In this document: positions 35,080-44,714 of the stretch, in pieces
Position numbering within the stretch: position 1 is the stretch's first letter
Layout: each line of letters opens with the position of its first letter
Translations under genes and position numbers: made by a program
DNA from: Zeaxanthinibacter sp.
GTDB taxonomy: Bacteria; Bacteroidota; Bacteroidia; Flavobacteriales; Flavobacteriaceae
Length of the DNA stretch: 64,000 nucleotides
Assembly (NCBI GenBank): GCA_041743975.1
Contig: JBGTLT010000162.1
Coordinates: 12,743-76,742 of the forward strand
Direction of reading: 5' to 3'
The notes under the pieces: model-generated
Databases searched by the model: none
Seen by the model: the letters and a program-made list of their open reading frames with translations, nothing else
Told to the model about the DNA's origin: nothing

Positions 35080-36272
35080 TACCAAAGGTACGGGAAGCCT
35101 TTAATGCGGGCTTTGAACAGGAATTCTATGAGAACCTCCAGCGTCATGTACAGGAAACCTTTGGAGAACCCTGTGCATTCAGGATCTCGGAAACCCCGGT
35201 ATTTATAAGCCGTGAGGTCAGGAATAAGGTTTTTAAGGCATGTGATTCCATAATTGACCAGATATGGAAGTTAGACCTGGAGGCCATCAGGAGGCAGTAC
35301 ACCCCGGTACAAACCGGAACTGGCAACCTGAAGGGGAAGCCGCATTTCCTGGCTATTGATTTTGGGTTGTGCCAGGACAGCCAGGGCGAAATAGTCCCCC
35401 AATTGATAGAATTGCAGGCGTTCCCCTCCCTGATGTTCTACCAACCGTTTCTGGGCAAGGCATACCTTTCCACTTATCCCAACATTCCCAAAACGGGCTT
35501 TCATTATTTCCTGGATAACCTGGACGAAGCAGGGTATCTTAAAAAAGTAAAAGAGCTGATCCTTGGCCGGGAACATCCTGACAATGTGATTCTTATGGAA
35601 TTGTACCCGGAGCAACAAAAAACAAGGCTCGATTTCTGGGCTACCCGGCAGGCGTTGGGGATAGAAGTTGTTTGCATGACAAAAGTAATCAAAAAGGGGA
35701 AGAAACTTTATTACAATAAAGACGGGAAATTATGCCCCATACACCGGATTTATAACCGGGTGATATTTGATGAATTGTTACGGTATCCAGACCTTAAGAC
35801 CGAGTTTAATCTGTATGAGGACCTGGAGGTGGAATGGATCACCCACCCCGACTGGTTTTTTGTGATCTCAAAATGCATAATGCCCCTGTTGAACCACCGG
35901 TATATCCCCGAGTCATTTTATCTCAGCGACATCCCCCCGGACCTTGATCTGAAGCAGTATGTATTGAAGCCACTTTTCTCATTTGCCGGAAAAGGAATAG
36001 ACCTGAACCCCTCCCGCGAGACCCTGGACCAACTCACTGACCCGGAGCACTACCTCCTGCAAAAGAAAGTTGAATACGCCTCCCTCATCAAAACCAACAC
36101 GGATAAGAATTCAAAAGTGGAACTGCGGATCCTCTATATTCTGGACCAGGAAGAGGACAGGCTGAAACCGGTAATTAACCTTACCAGGATGGGCAAAGGC
36201 GGACTTATTAATGTTTCCCACCTCACCGAGGATACCTGGATTGGTTCCTCCATCAGTTTCTTTGAGAATTAG
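35076..36272 (+). CDS. hypothetical protein with ATP-grasp-like motifs in permuted order (candidate circularly permuted ATP-grasp ligase)
   Basis: An Mg/ATP-site-like motif (FLAIDFGLCQDSQGEIVPQLIELQAFPS) lies at about aa 90-125. A KP..G.G-like motif (VLKPLFSFAGKGI) lies near aa 300. The ATG overlaps the upstream stop (ATGA). Coding is well supported; the function is an inference. Confidence 0.5.
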   Translation: MIPKVREAFNAGFEQEFYENLQRHVQETFGEPCAFRISETPVFISREVRNKVFKACDSIIDQIWKLDLEAIRRQYTPVQTGTGNLKGKPHFLAIDFGLCQDSQGEIVPQLIELQAFPSLMFYQPFLGKAYLSTYPNIPKTGFHYFLDNLDEAGYLKKVKELILGREHPDNVILMELYPEQQKTRLDFWATRQALGIEVVCMTKVIKKGKKLYYNKDGKLCPIHRIYNRVIFDELLRYPDLKTEFNLYEDLEVEWITHPDWFFVISKCIMPLLNHRYIPESFYLSDIPPDLDLKQYVLKPLFSFAGKGIDLNPSRETLDQLTDPEHYLLQKKVEYASLIKTNTDKNSKVELRILYILDQEEDRLKPVINLTRMGKGGLINVSHLTEDTWIGSSISFFEN

Positions 36273-36284
36273 CAGGTATGGGGT

Positions 36285-36875
36285 TTAATCCCTGGATTCC
36301 AGCAACCGTGCTACATATTTTCCGATGATATCAAACTCCAGGTTCACCCTGGATCCGAGCCTGTAGTGTTTAAAAAGGGTATGTTCGTAAGTGTATGGAA
36401 TAATGGCAACCGAAAAGGAACTGTGATTGGACCTTGCTACCGTGAGACTGACACCATCAATAGTTATGGAACCCTTGTGAACGGTAATATTGTTTAAGGA
36501 TGGGTGATATTCAAAGGTAAAGATCCAACTCCCTTCCTGATCCTCTATGGCCGTACAGCTACCCAGTTGGTCCACATGGCCCTGCACAAGGTGGCCATCC
36601 AGCCTTGAGCCAAGCTTCATGCCCCGCTCCAGGTTGATGAGTCCGCCTACCTCAAGCTGCCCAAGGTTGCTCCTTCGCAATGTTTCCCGGACGGCGGTCA
36701 CAGTATACTCCATCCCCTGCTGAGCCACTACTGTAAGGCAAACCCCATTGTGGTTAACGCTCTGGTCAGTGCTGAGTTCCGGGGCAAAGGCTGAGGTAAT
36801 GGTCATATTCAGGTTCTCCCCGACCTTTTCAAGGGCTTTTACCTCCCCTAAAGTTTCAATTATACCTGTAAACAT
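36285..36875 (-). CDS. ribE: riboflavin synthase
   Basis: MFTGIIETLGEV N-terminus. 196 aa with the internal duplicated lumazine-binding halves. Confidence 0.95.
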   Translation of the reverse strand: MFTGIIETLGEVKALEKVGENLNMTITSAFAPELSTDQSVNHNGVCLTVVAQQGMEYTVTAVRETLRRSNLGQLEVGGLINLERGMKLGSRLDGHLVQGHVDQLGSCTAIEDQEGSWIFTFEYHPSLNNITVHKGSITIDGVSLTVARSNHSSFSVAIIPYTYEHTLFKHYRLGSRVNLEFDIIGKYVARLLESRD

Positions 36876-36892
36876 GTGTCGCTAAAATTAAG

Positions 36893-36900
36893 TAGTTTTG
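36893..36900 (+). promoter_or_regulatory. candidate Bacteroidota -7 promoter box (TAGTTTTG) for pdxA
   Basis: Matches TAnnTTTG, 34 nt upstream of the ATG at 36935, in the ribE/pdxA divergent spacer. Confidence 0.4.
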
Positions 36901-36934
36901 TGCATCGGAATTACCGGACAAAGGTAAAGATATA

Positions 36935-37996
36935 ATGGAGGAAGAGAGAATTATTAAAGTAGGTATTTCCATTGGGGACCTGAACGGAATAGGATGTGAG
37001 GTGGTGCTGAAAACATTTGAGGATCCGCGGATGCTCGAATTTTGTACACCGGTGATATTTGCTTCCAACAAGGCTGTTTCGCAGCAGAAAACAATCCTGG
37101 GGTTCGAGATCAACTACAATGGGGTGCCGGATGCCGCCAAAAGTATTGATGGTAAGATCAATGTGGTAAATGTCTGGAAGGAAACACCCGAACCCCGGTT
37201 TGGGGAAGAAACGGCAGAGGCCGGGGACATGGCGTTAAAATCACTTAGAGCAGCCGTAGCGGCCCTTAAGAACAATGAAATTGATGTACTGGTCACGGCG
37301 CCTATCAATAAAAAAAACATACAGAGCGAGCACTTCCGGTTTCCCGGGCATACAGATTACCTGGCCGCGGAACTCGAGGGTGACAGCCTTATGTTTATGG
37401 TTTCGGACAGCCTGAGGATTGGCCTCCTGACGGACCATGTTGCGGTCAAGGACGTAGCTAAAGCGATAACACCGCAATTGGTCAGGAGCAAGGTCAATAG
37501 CATGGAGAAATCCCTGAAAGTAGATTTTGGCATCCAAAAACCGAAAATTGCCATCCTGGGTATCAACCCGCATAGCGGCGATAATGGGGTGATCGGAAAT
37601 GAGGATGACGAGGTCCTGAAACCAGTGATCCGGGAGATCTCAAATAGCGGAAAACTGGTTTTCGGACCCTATGCTGCGGATAGTTTCTTTGGGTCTGAAG
37701 GCTACAAAAAGTTTGACGCAGTACTGGCAGCCTATCATGACCAGGGCCTGATCCCGTTCAAGACCCTCTCGTTCGGAAACGGGGTAAATTTTACGGCAGG
37801 ACTGTCTAAGGTCCGAACCTCCCCGGACCACGGAACTGCGTATGAAATAGCAGGGAAGGGAATCGCGGACCATGGGTCTTTCAAGGAGGCAGTTTTTATG
37901 GCCATAAAAATTTTCAGGAACAGGCAGGAGTACAGGATCCTGACAAAAAATGTCTTGAAAAAACAGAAATTAGGAAAGTTAGGACGGGATAACTAG
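36935..37996 (+). CDS. pdxA: 4-hydroxythreonine-4-phosphate dehydrogenase
   Basis: 353 aa. GDLNGIGCEV, FPGHTDYLA and the NPHSGDNG motifs are typical of PdxA. Confidence 0.93.
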   Translation: MEEERIIKVGISIGDLNGIGCEVVLKTFEDPRMLEFCTPVIFASNKAVSQQKTILGFEINYNGVPDAAKSIDGKINVVNVWKETPEPRFGEETAEAGDMALKSLRAAVAALKNNEIDVLVTAPINKKNIQSEHFRFPGHTDYLAAELEGDSLMFMVSDSLRIGLLTDHVAVKDVAKAITPQLVRSKVNSMEKSLKVDFGIQKPKIAILGINPHSGDNGVIGNEDDEVLKPVIREISNSGKLVFGPYAADSFFGSEGYKKFDAVLAAYHDQGLIPFKTLSFGNGVNFTAGLSKVRTSPDHGTAYEIAGKGIADHGSFKEAVFMAIKIFRNRQEYRILTKNVLKKQKLGKLGRDN

Positions 37997-38065
37997 CCTG
38001 CTGTCAAACGGGATGCATGGGTCTAAATATATTCTCAATTTGATTGGGATTTTAGAAAAAAAAAG

Positions 38066-38073
38066 TATCTTTG
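38066..38073 (+). promoter_or_regulatory. candidate Bacteroidota -7 promoter box (TATCTTTG) for yceD-rpmF
   Basis: Matches TAnnTTTG, 23 nt before the ATG at 38097. A TTTG lies at 38039..38042, giving a slightly long spacer for a -33 element. Confidence 0.4.
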
Positions 38074-38096
38074 CACCCCTTAAACAAGTGTACCAG

Positions 38097-38630
38097 ATGA
38101 AGACCCCTAAGGAATACAGTATTCCTTTTTCCGGACTGAAGGAAGGAAAACACGACTTTAAGTTTGTAATTGATAATACGTTCTTTGAATCGCTCGGATA
38201 CAATGAGTTCAATGATGCCAAGGTAGAAGTACGGTTGAAGTTGAATAAGTTGAGTACCATGATGGAGCTGGAGTTGAAGGCCAAAGGGGTGGTCAATGTA
38301 GACTGCGACCTTACAGGGGAAGCCTATGAAGAACCCATAAAGGCATTCCTTGAAATTGTGGTAAGGTTTGGTGATGAATACAATGATGAGGATGATGAGA
38401 TCCTGATCCTCCCTCATGGGGAATTCCAGATCAATGTTGCACAGTATATTTATGAGATGATCATACTGGCTGTTCCCCAGAAACGGGTACACCCCGGAGT
38501 CCTTGATGGTTCCCTGAAATCGGAACTGCTGGATAAGCTGGAAGAGTTACAACCTAAAGAGAGCAAAGAACACAAAGATAATACAGATCCCCGGTGGGAT
38601 GCATTAAAGAATTTACTAACGGATAAATAA
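38097..38630 (+). CDS. yceD: YceD/DUF177 family protein
   Basis: Acidic protein of about 177 aa immediately upstream of rpmF, the conserved yceD-rpmF arrangement. Start chosen at [11 protein letters not shown], downstream of the candidate promoter box. Confidence 0.78.
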   Translation: MKTPKEYSIPFSGLKEGKHDFKFVIDNTFFESLGYNEFNDAKVEVRLKLNKLSTMMELELKAKGVVNVDCDLTGEAYEEPIKAFLEIVVRFGDEYNDEDDEILILPHGEFQINVAQYIYEMIILAVPQKRVHPGVLDGSLKSELLDKLEELQPKESKEHKDNTDPRWDALKNLLTDK

Positions 38631-38638
38631 GTTGCAAA

Positions 38639-38836
38639 ATGGCACATCCTAAAAGAAAAATATCCAGGACCAGAAGGGACAAGAGGAGAACTCATTATAA
38701 GGCGGTGGCTCCCACACTGGCCAAAGATCCAACCACGGGGGAGATGCATTTATACCACAGAGCCCACTGGCACGAAGGAAAATTATACTACCGCGGACAG
38801 GTTTTAATAGACAAGACCGAGGAAGCTGTAGCTTGA
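38639..38836 (+). CDS. rpmF: 50S ribosomal protein L32
   Basis: [22 protein letters not shown] is the canonical L32 N-terminus. Confidence 0.97.
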   Translation: MAHPKRKISRTRRDKRRTHYKAVAPTLAKDPTTGEMHLYHRAHWHEGKLYYRGQVLIDKTEEAVA

Positions 38837-38854
38837 TATTATAGTATGGATATC

Positions 38855-38889
38855 AAAACTCCCACTTGTTATGAGTGGGAGTTTTTTTT
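38855..38889 (+). terminator. rho-independent terminator after rpmF
   Basis: Perfect 9-bp stem actcccact (38858..38866) / agtgggagt (38874..38882), a 7-nt loop, then a T-run to 38889. An A-run precedes the stem. Confidence 0.7.
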
Positions 38890-39114
38890 AATCTTTTCCG
38901 AAATACTTATACATATTACTGCTGCAGGAATTCATTTACAGGCAGATTGGAATCCTGATCTGACCCGGTAACCAATCAGTATTTGAGGCGGATACTTAGT
39001 AACGCAAAATCGGGGTAAAAACTCTTTTTTGGGATAAAAAGTCATAGAAAATCATTACTTTTCACCTTGTTTTGGAACATTTCTTTAAGTTTTCTGATAA
39101 ATACCCTTTCTAGC

Positions 39115-40113
39115 ATGAGCAAACTTTATGCAGCCATTACGGCTGTAGGGGCTTACGTTCCGGATTTCAGACTTACAAACAAGTTATTGGAATCCATGGT
39201 TGATACCAATGATGAGTGGATTACGACCAGGACAGGGATAAAGGAACGCAGGATACTAAAAGATAAAGACAAGGGGACATCCTTCCTGGCTATTAAGGCT
39301 GCACAGGATCTTATCCGGAAAAAGGACCTGGATCCAAAAGAGATAGACCTTGTCATTCTGGGAACCGCAACCCCTGACCTGCCCGTGGCCTCCACGGGTG
39401 TATATGTTGCCACCGAGATCGGGGCCGTTAATGCCTTTGCATATGATATGCAGGCTGCCTGTTCAAATTTCCTGTTTGGAATGTCAACCGCAGCCAGTTA
39501 TATAGAATCAGGAAAGTATAAAAAAGTACTTTTGATAGGTGCTGATAAGATGTCATCCATCCTGGATTACACAGACCGGACTACCTGTATAATATTCGGG
39601 GATGGTGCGGGAGCTGTTCTTTTTGAACCAAACACGGAAGGATTGGGGATGCAGGATGAACATTTAAGATCCGACGGAACAGGGAGGCCATTCTTGAAAA
39701 TCGAAGCAGGGGGATCGCTGTTGCCGGCATCTGAGGAAACGGTACGGAATAAGCAACATTATGTATATCAGGACGGCAAATCTGTTTTTAAGTTTGCCGT
39801 ATCCAATATGGCGGAGGTTGCAGCGATGATAATGGAACGCAATAATCTTTCACATGATGATGTTGACTGGTTGGTTCCCCATCAGGCCAATAAGCGTATC
39901 ATTGATGCGACCGCCAACCGGATGGGCCTGGATAGTGATAAGGTGATGATCAATATACAGAAATATGGAAATACAACCTCTGCGACCTTACCGTTGCTAC
40001 TGGATGATTATGAGAAGCAACTAAAGAAAGGGGACAATCTGGTCTTTGCAGCTTTTGGCGGAGGATTCACATGGGGGGCTATATATTTAAAATGGGCTTA
40101 TAATTCAAAATAG
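39115..40113 (+). CDS. fabH: beta-ketoacyl-ACP synthase III
   Basis: ATG at 39115 gives MSKLYAAITAVGAYVP. The track start at 39067 is a TTG. Active-site region ACSNFLFG and C-terminal GGGFTWGA. Confidence 0.95.
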   Translation: MSKLYAAITAVGAYVPDFRLTNKLLESMVDTNDEWITTRTGIKERRILKDKDKGTSFLAIKAAQDLIRKKDLDPKEIDLVILGTATPDLPVASTGVYVATEIGAVNAFAYDMQAACSNFLFGMSTAASYIESGKYKKVLLIGADKMSSILDYTDRTTCIIFGDGAGAVLFEPNTEGLGMQDEHLRSDGTGRPFLKIEAGGSLLPASEETVRNKQHYVYQDGKSVFKFAVSNMAEVAAMIMERNNLSHDDVDWLVPHQANKRIIDATANRMGLDSDKVMINIQKYGNTTSATLPLLLDDYEKQLKKGDNLVFAAFGGGFTWGAIYLKWAYNSK

Positions 40114-40140
40114 GAAATCAACTAAACTAAAGGTAATACC

Positions 40141-40632
40141 ATGGATATTAAAGAGATTCAGAGCTTAATAAAGTTTGTGGCAAAATCTGGGGCCAGTGAG
40201 GTGAAACTTGAAACGGATGATATCAAGATCACCATCCGAACAGGTAGTGCAGGTTATTCGCATGAGGGCATGCATGGACACCCTATGCCCATGTACAGCA
40301 ATCCTATGATGCCTTCGGCCCAACCTCAGCCCCCCACAGGGAATGCACCTGAAATTGCGGCTGAGAAAGCCGAGATGAAGGATAACCCCAAGTATATCAC
40401 CATAAAATCTCCCATTATTGGCACATTTTACCGCAAGGCGTCGCCGGATAAGCCGCCATTCGTGGAAGAGGGGGATACCATATCCAAAGGGGATGTACTT
40501 TGCGTAATTGAAGCCATGAAACTGTTCAATGACATTGAATCCGAAGTTTCCGGAAAAGTTATGAAGGTCCTTGTAGAAGATTCCTCCCCCGTAGAGTTTG
40601 ACCAGCCATTGTTTTTGATAGATCCATCCTAA
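40141..40632 (+). CDS. accB: acetyl-CoA carboxylase biotin carboxyl carrier protein
   Basis: Pro/Ala-rich linker and the biotinylation motif CVIEAMKLFN. Confidence 0.95.
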   Translation: MDIKEIQSLIKFVAKSGASEVKLETDDIKITIRTGSAGYSHEGMHGHPMPMYSNPMMPSAQPQPPTGNAPEIAAEKAEMKDNPKYITIKSPIIGTFYRKASPDKPPFVEEGDTISKGDVLCVIEAMKLFNDIESEVSGKVMKVLVEDSSPVEFDQPLFLIDPS

Positions 40633-40726
40633 AATACACCATTCCGGTGCCGTACGGACCAAATTCCATTTCAAAGAACGGATATGGCATCATGGTCCGA
40701 AACACCCCGGACAAATTTAGACAGTT

Positions 40727-42079
40727 ATGTTTAAAAAAATATTGATTGCAAACAGGGGCGAAATAGCGCTTCGCATCATCCGTACCTGTAAAGAAATGGG
40801 GATTAAAACGGTGGCCGTCTACTCCAAGGCAGATGAGGAAAGCCTTCATGTAAGGTTCGCAGACGAAGCCGTATGCATAGGCCCGCCACCCAGTAGTGAA
40901 TCCTACCTTAAAATTCCTAACATTATCGCTGCTGCAGAGATCACCAATGCCGATGCAATCCATCCTGGGTATGGATTCTTATCTGAAAACTCAAAATTTT
41001 CAAGGATCTGCGCCGAGCACGAAATAAAATTTATTGGTGCATCCGGGGATCAAATTGACAAGATGGGTGACAAGGCCACCGCAAAGGAGACCATGAAGAA
41101 AGCGGGGGTTCCAACCATTCCCGGCTCGGATGGTTTGTTGAAAGATGTTGCGGATGCCAAAAAAGCAGCAAAGAAAATGGGCTATCCCGTTATGATCAAA
41201 GCTACTGCCGGCGGTGGTGGCAAGGGGATGCGTGCCGTTAGAAAAGAGGAGGAAATGGAAGAGCTCTTTGATAGTGCGGTCAAGGAAGCGCTGGCGGCTT
41301 TTGGCAACGGGGGCATGTATATGGAAAAACTGATTGAAGACCCCCGGCATATAGAAATCCAGATCGTGGGGGATCAATATGGAAAAGCTTGCCACCTGTC
41401 TGAACGCGATTGCTCTATTCAAAGGCGGCACCAGAAGTTGACGGAGGAAACCCCGTCCCCCTTTATGACCGACAAATTACGGGATAATATGGGGCTGGCT
41501 GCGGTAAAGGCTGCGGAATACATTAAATATGAAGGTGCGGGGACGGTTGAATTTTTGGTAGATAAGCACCGGAATTTTTTCTTTATGGAAATGAATACCC
41601 GGATCCAGGTAGAACACCCCATTACGGAACAAGTCATTGATTATGACCTTATCAGGGAACAGATATTGGTGGCCGGCGGAGTTCCTATTTCCGGTAAAAA
41701 TTATTTCCCCAAACTGCATTCCATAGAATGCCGTATCAACGCGGAGGATCCCTATAAGGGATTCAGGCCCAGTCCGGGCAAGATAACAACTCTTCATACT
41801 CCCGGGGGACATGGTATAAGGCTAGACACCCATGTTTACAGCGGTTATACGATACCACCGAATTATGATTCCATGATCGCGAAACTGATCACTACAGCAC
41901 AGACCCGGGAGGAAGCAATCAATAAAATGAAAAGAGCCCTGGATGAATTCGTTATCGAAGGGATTAAAACAACCATTCCATTCCATCGGCAACTGATGGA
42001 TAACCCCGATTATCTTGCTGGAAATTACACCACTGCTTTTATGGATAGCTTTGTGATGAATCCCCAGCCACAGGAATAA
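40727..42079 (+). CDS. accC: acetyl-CoA carboxylase biotin carboxylase subunit
   Basis: [26 protein letters not shown] and the full-length ATP-grasp biotin carboxylase sequence. Confidence 0.97.
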   Translation: MFKKILIANRGEIALRIIRTCKEMGIKTVAVYSKADEESLHVRFADEAVCIGPPPSSESYLKIPNIIAAAEITNADAIHPGYGFLSENSKFSRICAEHEIKFIGASGDQIDKMGDKATAKETMKKAGVPTIPGSDGLLKDVADAKKAAKKMGYPVMIKATAGGGGKGMRAVRKEEEMEELFDSAVKEALAAFGNGGMYMEKLIEDPRHIEIQIVGDQYGKACHLSERDCSIQRRHQKLTEETPSPFMTDKLRDNMGLAAVKAAEYIKYEGAGTVEFLVDKHRNFFFMEMNTRIQVEHPITEQVIDYDLIREQILVAGGVPISGKNYFPKLHSIECRINAEDPYKGFRPSPGKITTLHTPGGHGIRLDTHVYSGYTIPPNYDSMIAKLITTAQTREEAINKMKRALDEFVIEGIKTTIPFHRQLMDNPDYLAGNYTTAFMDSFVMNPQPQE

Positions 42080-42162
42080 AACAACTGCACCAGAAGGAAT
42101 AGATGACCACAGGCAATGATATGGAACCAGCAGTTGCCTAACCTGGCCAAAGCCCGTTTCAA

Positions 42163-43281
42163 ATGAATATAAGTTATTGGGAATATAAGACGTGGTTGTC
42201 CAATATCGACTTTACCATTGTTGGTAGCGGCATCGTAGGGCTCAATTGTGCTATGCGGTTAGCAGAACGCTTCAGGGACGCCAGGATAGTGGTTCTTGAA
42301 AAAGGCATCCTCCCGCAAGGGGCGAGTACGAAAAATGCAGGATTCGCATGTTTTGGCAGTATTTCAGAAGTCCTGGGTGATCTGGAAACCCATACGGAAG
42401 AGGAAGTACAAAAACTGGTTCGTAAGCGTTGGGATGGCATGCAGACCTTACGCAAAATCCTGGGTGATGACAGGATTGGATTTCAGAATTTTGGAGGCCA
42501 CGAACTATTTCCCCGGGAATACCCGGATGTTTATGAAAAATGTGTCAGCAACCTGGATAGGGTTAATACCCTCCTGAACCCTATCTATAAGGCCGATGCG
42601 TTTACCCGGCAACCCAATTCCTTTAGGTTCAATAATATCCGGGATACCTATATCTCCAATAGATTCGAGGGCCAGATAGATACAGGACAGATGATGGCTT
42701 CCCTGATGCAGAAAGTTCATTCCAGGGGTATCCTTGTTTTAAACGCTATTACGGTGGATGAGTTTTATGAAACCCCGGATGGCGTGGCCATACGAACAGA
42801 CCGGTTGGAGTTTGTGTCCGGGAAGCTCCTGGTGGCGACCAATGGGTTTGCCTCACAGTTGCTGGACCGGAAAGTAAAGCCGGCCCGGGCTCAGGTACTT
42901 ATCACCAAACCCATACCCAACCTCCATATCAAAGGCACCTTCCATTTGGAGGAAGGGTATTATTACTTCCGGGATGTGGACAACCGCATCTTGCTGGGTG
43001 GGGGCCGCAACCTCGATTTTAAGGCGGAGGAAACCACAGAATTCGGCCACACGAAAAAGGTTATGGATAAGTTGGAAAGCCTGTTACAGGAAGTAATCCT
43101 TCCCGGTATCACATTTCAAATTGACCGGTACTGGAGTGGCATTATGGGTGTTGGCCCGGAGAAAAGCCCCATTGTCCAGCAGGTCTCAGACCACGTTTAT
43201 TGTGGCGTTCGGTTAGGTGGAATGGGGATTGCTATTGGCAGTTTGGTAGGCAGAGAGCTGGCAGACCTGATACCGGATTGA
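42163..43281 (+). CDS. FAD-dependent oxidoreductase (DAO family)
   Basis: N-terminal dinucleotide-binding motif DFTIVGSGIVGLNCA. 372 aa. Confidence 0.8.
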   Translation: MNISYWEYKTWLSNIDFTIVGSGIVGLNCAMRLAERFRDARIVVLEKGILPQGASTKNAGFACFGSISEVLGDLETHTEEEVQKLVRKRWDGMQTLRKILGDDRIGFQNFGGHELFPREYPDVYEKCVSNLDRVNTLLNPIYKADAFTRQPNSFRFNNIRDTYISNRFEGQIDTGQMMASLMQKVHSRGILVLNAITVDEFYETPDGVAIRTDRLEFVSGKLLVATNGFASQLLDRKVKPARAQVLITKPIPNLHIKGTFHLEEGYYYFRDVDNRILLGGGRNLDFKAEETTEFGHTKKVMDKLESLLQEVILPGITFQIDRYWSGIMGVGPEKSPIVQQVSDHVYCGVRLGGMGIAIGSLVGRELADLIPD

Positions 43282-43425
43282 CCAGATTGTCGAATAAAAT
43301 AACCAGATGGGGAATTCGCTTCTCCATCTCAAATTATAATTGTTTCTTACATATCATATTGAGAAAATGAAATCTCCCGTTAAACGGTATGGTGGGAACC
43401 AGTCTTCAGTCAATCCAGGCAGTAC

Positions 43426-44067
43426 GTGGGAAAATTGTCACATCCAATTCGGTTTATGGTCATTACAGCTTTGCTGTTACCTCATTTGTTTTTGGGTTGT
43501 GCCGGTTCCGGGGCACCTTATAAAAGGGAATACGGCAGGGTGTGGAAGAAAATGATCCAATCCGAAGCATGGAAGCTTTCGATGCAGGATGCAGGAGCCA
43601 TGGAAGTGGAGTTGCAAGGGTATGTAGCCAGTTCAACGGAGATGGATGACGGGTTGGCAACTATGGACACGGAGGGGGGCAGGTCCTTCATTTTTGAAGA
43701 AAAATTCAATATCCTGGTTAACCGGGCCTATTATAAGATCATCGCTGAGGTGGAAGCAGCAGACATCCGGTTGAAGAAGGAATACAATAACCATATGGAA
43801 AAGGGCCGGGAGCTCCAAAATGGAAGGGACAGAACCGCACAGCAGGAACTTGAAGGTATCCGCAGGAAGTATGAGGCACATAGGGAGATGCTGGAAGGCC
43901 TTAAATCCTGGAATATCTTAAGCGAATTCGGAACAGATGACCTTAAATTCTTCAAGGCCGAAAACAGGGAAGAGGTTCTGCAAATGTATCAGGCGGGGCA
44001 GCAGGAGGAACGCATCCTGTACTACCTGGTCTATAAGTTGGCGGACCTGTACCATTTTGAAGATTGA
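43426..44067 (+). CDS. hypothetical lipoprotein with a charged coiled-coil-like body
   Basis: Lipobox LFLGCAG. The start is uncertain: GTG at 43426 or ATG at 43456. No family recognised. Confidence 0.55.
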   Translation: MGKLSHPIRFMVITALLLPHLFLGCAGSGAPYKREYGRVWKKMIQSEAWKLSMQDAGAMEVELQGYVASSTEMDDGLATMDTEGGRSFIFEEKFNILVNRAYYKIIAEVEAADIRLKKEYNNHMEKGRELQNGRDRTAQQELEGIRRKYEAHREMLEGLKSWNILSEFGTDDLKFFKAENREEVLQMYQAGQQEERILYYLVYKLADLYHFED

Positions 44068-44151
44068 GAAGTTGCCTAATGTGAATAATCACCCTGACTG
44101 AAGTGATTGCCGGTCAATGGTACTATCGCTTGTTTAATTAACCTGTATACT

Positions 44152-44610
44152 ATGCCTGTGGATAACCTGAAGGCCGAATTACTTGCCCATTGCAGGACCT
44201 ATATGACCTCCCGGGTTTCCCGTATTCAACAAAATTTACGAAGCCTCCGGGAATCACTGGATACCGAATCAAAAAGCAGTGCAGGGGATAAGCATGAGAC
44301 AGGCAGGGCCATGGTGCAATTGGAACAGGAAAAACTGGGGCAACAATTGATGACCGCAGAAAAGGCCTTACAGTATCTGAAGGGAATTGATATCAAAACA
44401 AAGGCATCGCGGGTACATCTCGGCAGCCTGGTACACACCACTAAAAGCAGTTATTTTCTGGCGCTTTCAGCGGATGTTTTCAGGAGGGGGGAAACCGTTG
44501 TATACTGTATCTCCTCCAAGACCCCTATTGGCAATCTCCTGCTGGGGGCGGCCGAAGGGGATTCCTTTATGTTTAACAACGAGAAGATTACCATAACGGC
44601 ACTTCAGTAG
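44152..44610 (+). CDS. GreA/GreB C-terminal-domain-like protein
   Basis: ATG at 44152, since the track start is a TTG. An N-terminal coiled coil and the C-terminal ISSKTPIGNLLLGAAEGDSFMF resemble the GreA C-terminal domain motif. Confidence 0.55.
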   Translation: MPVDNLKAELLAHCRTYMTSRVSRIQQNLRSLRESLDTESKSSAGDKHETGRAMVQLEQEKLGQQLMTAEKALQYLKGIDIKTKASRVHLGSLVHTTKSSYFLALSADVFRRGETVVYCISSKTPIGNLLLGAAEGDSFMFNNEKITITALQ

Positions 44611-44714
44611 CCTGTAAAAGGGTCCGGGAGGGGAAAAGCATCATAATTCCAGGTTCGGCAGGTAGATTGTACAATTTTTTTGCTACTTTACTTCCCCTTG
44701 CTACAGGCTATAAT

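Noticed and set aside
38983-38992. 10-mer ttgaggcgga shared with 61211..61220
   Set aside because: A single 10-nt match is expected by chance many times in a 64-kb window, and the flanks do not align.
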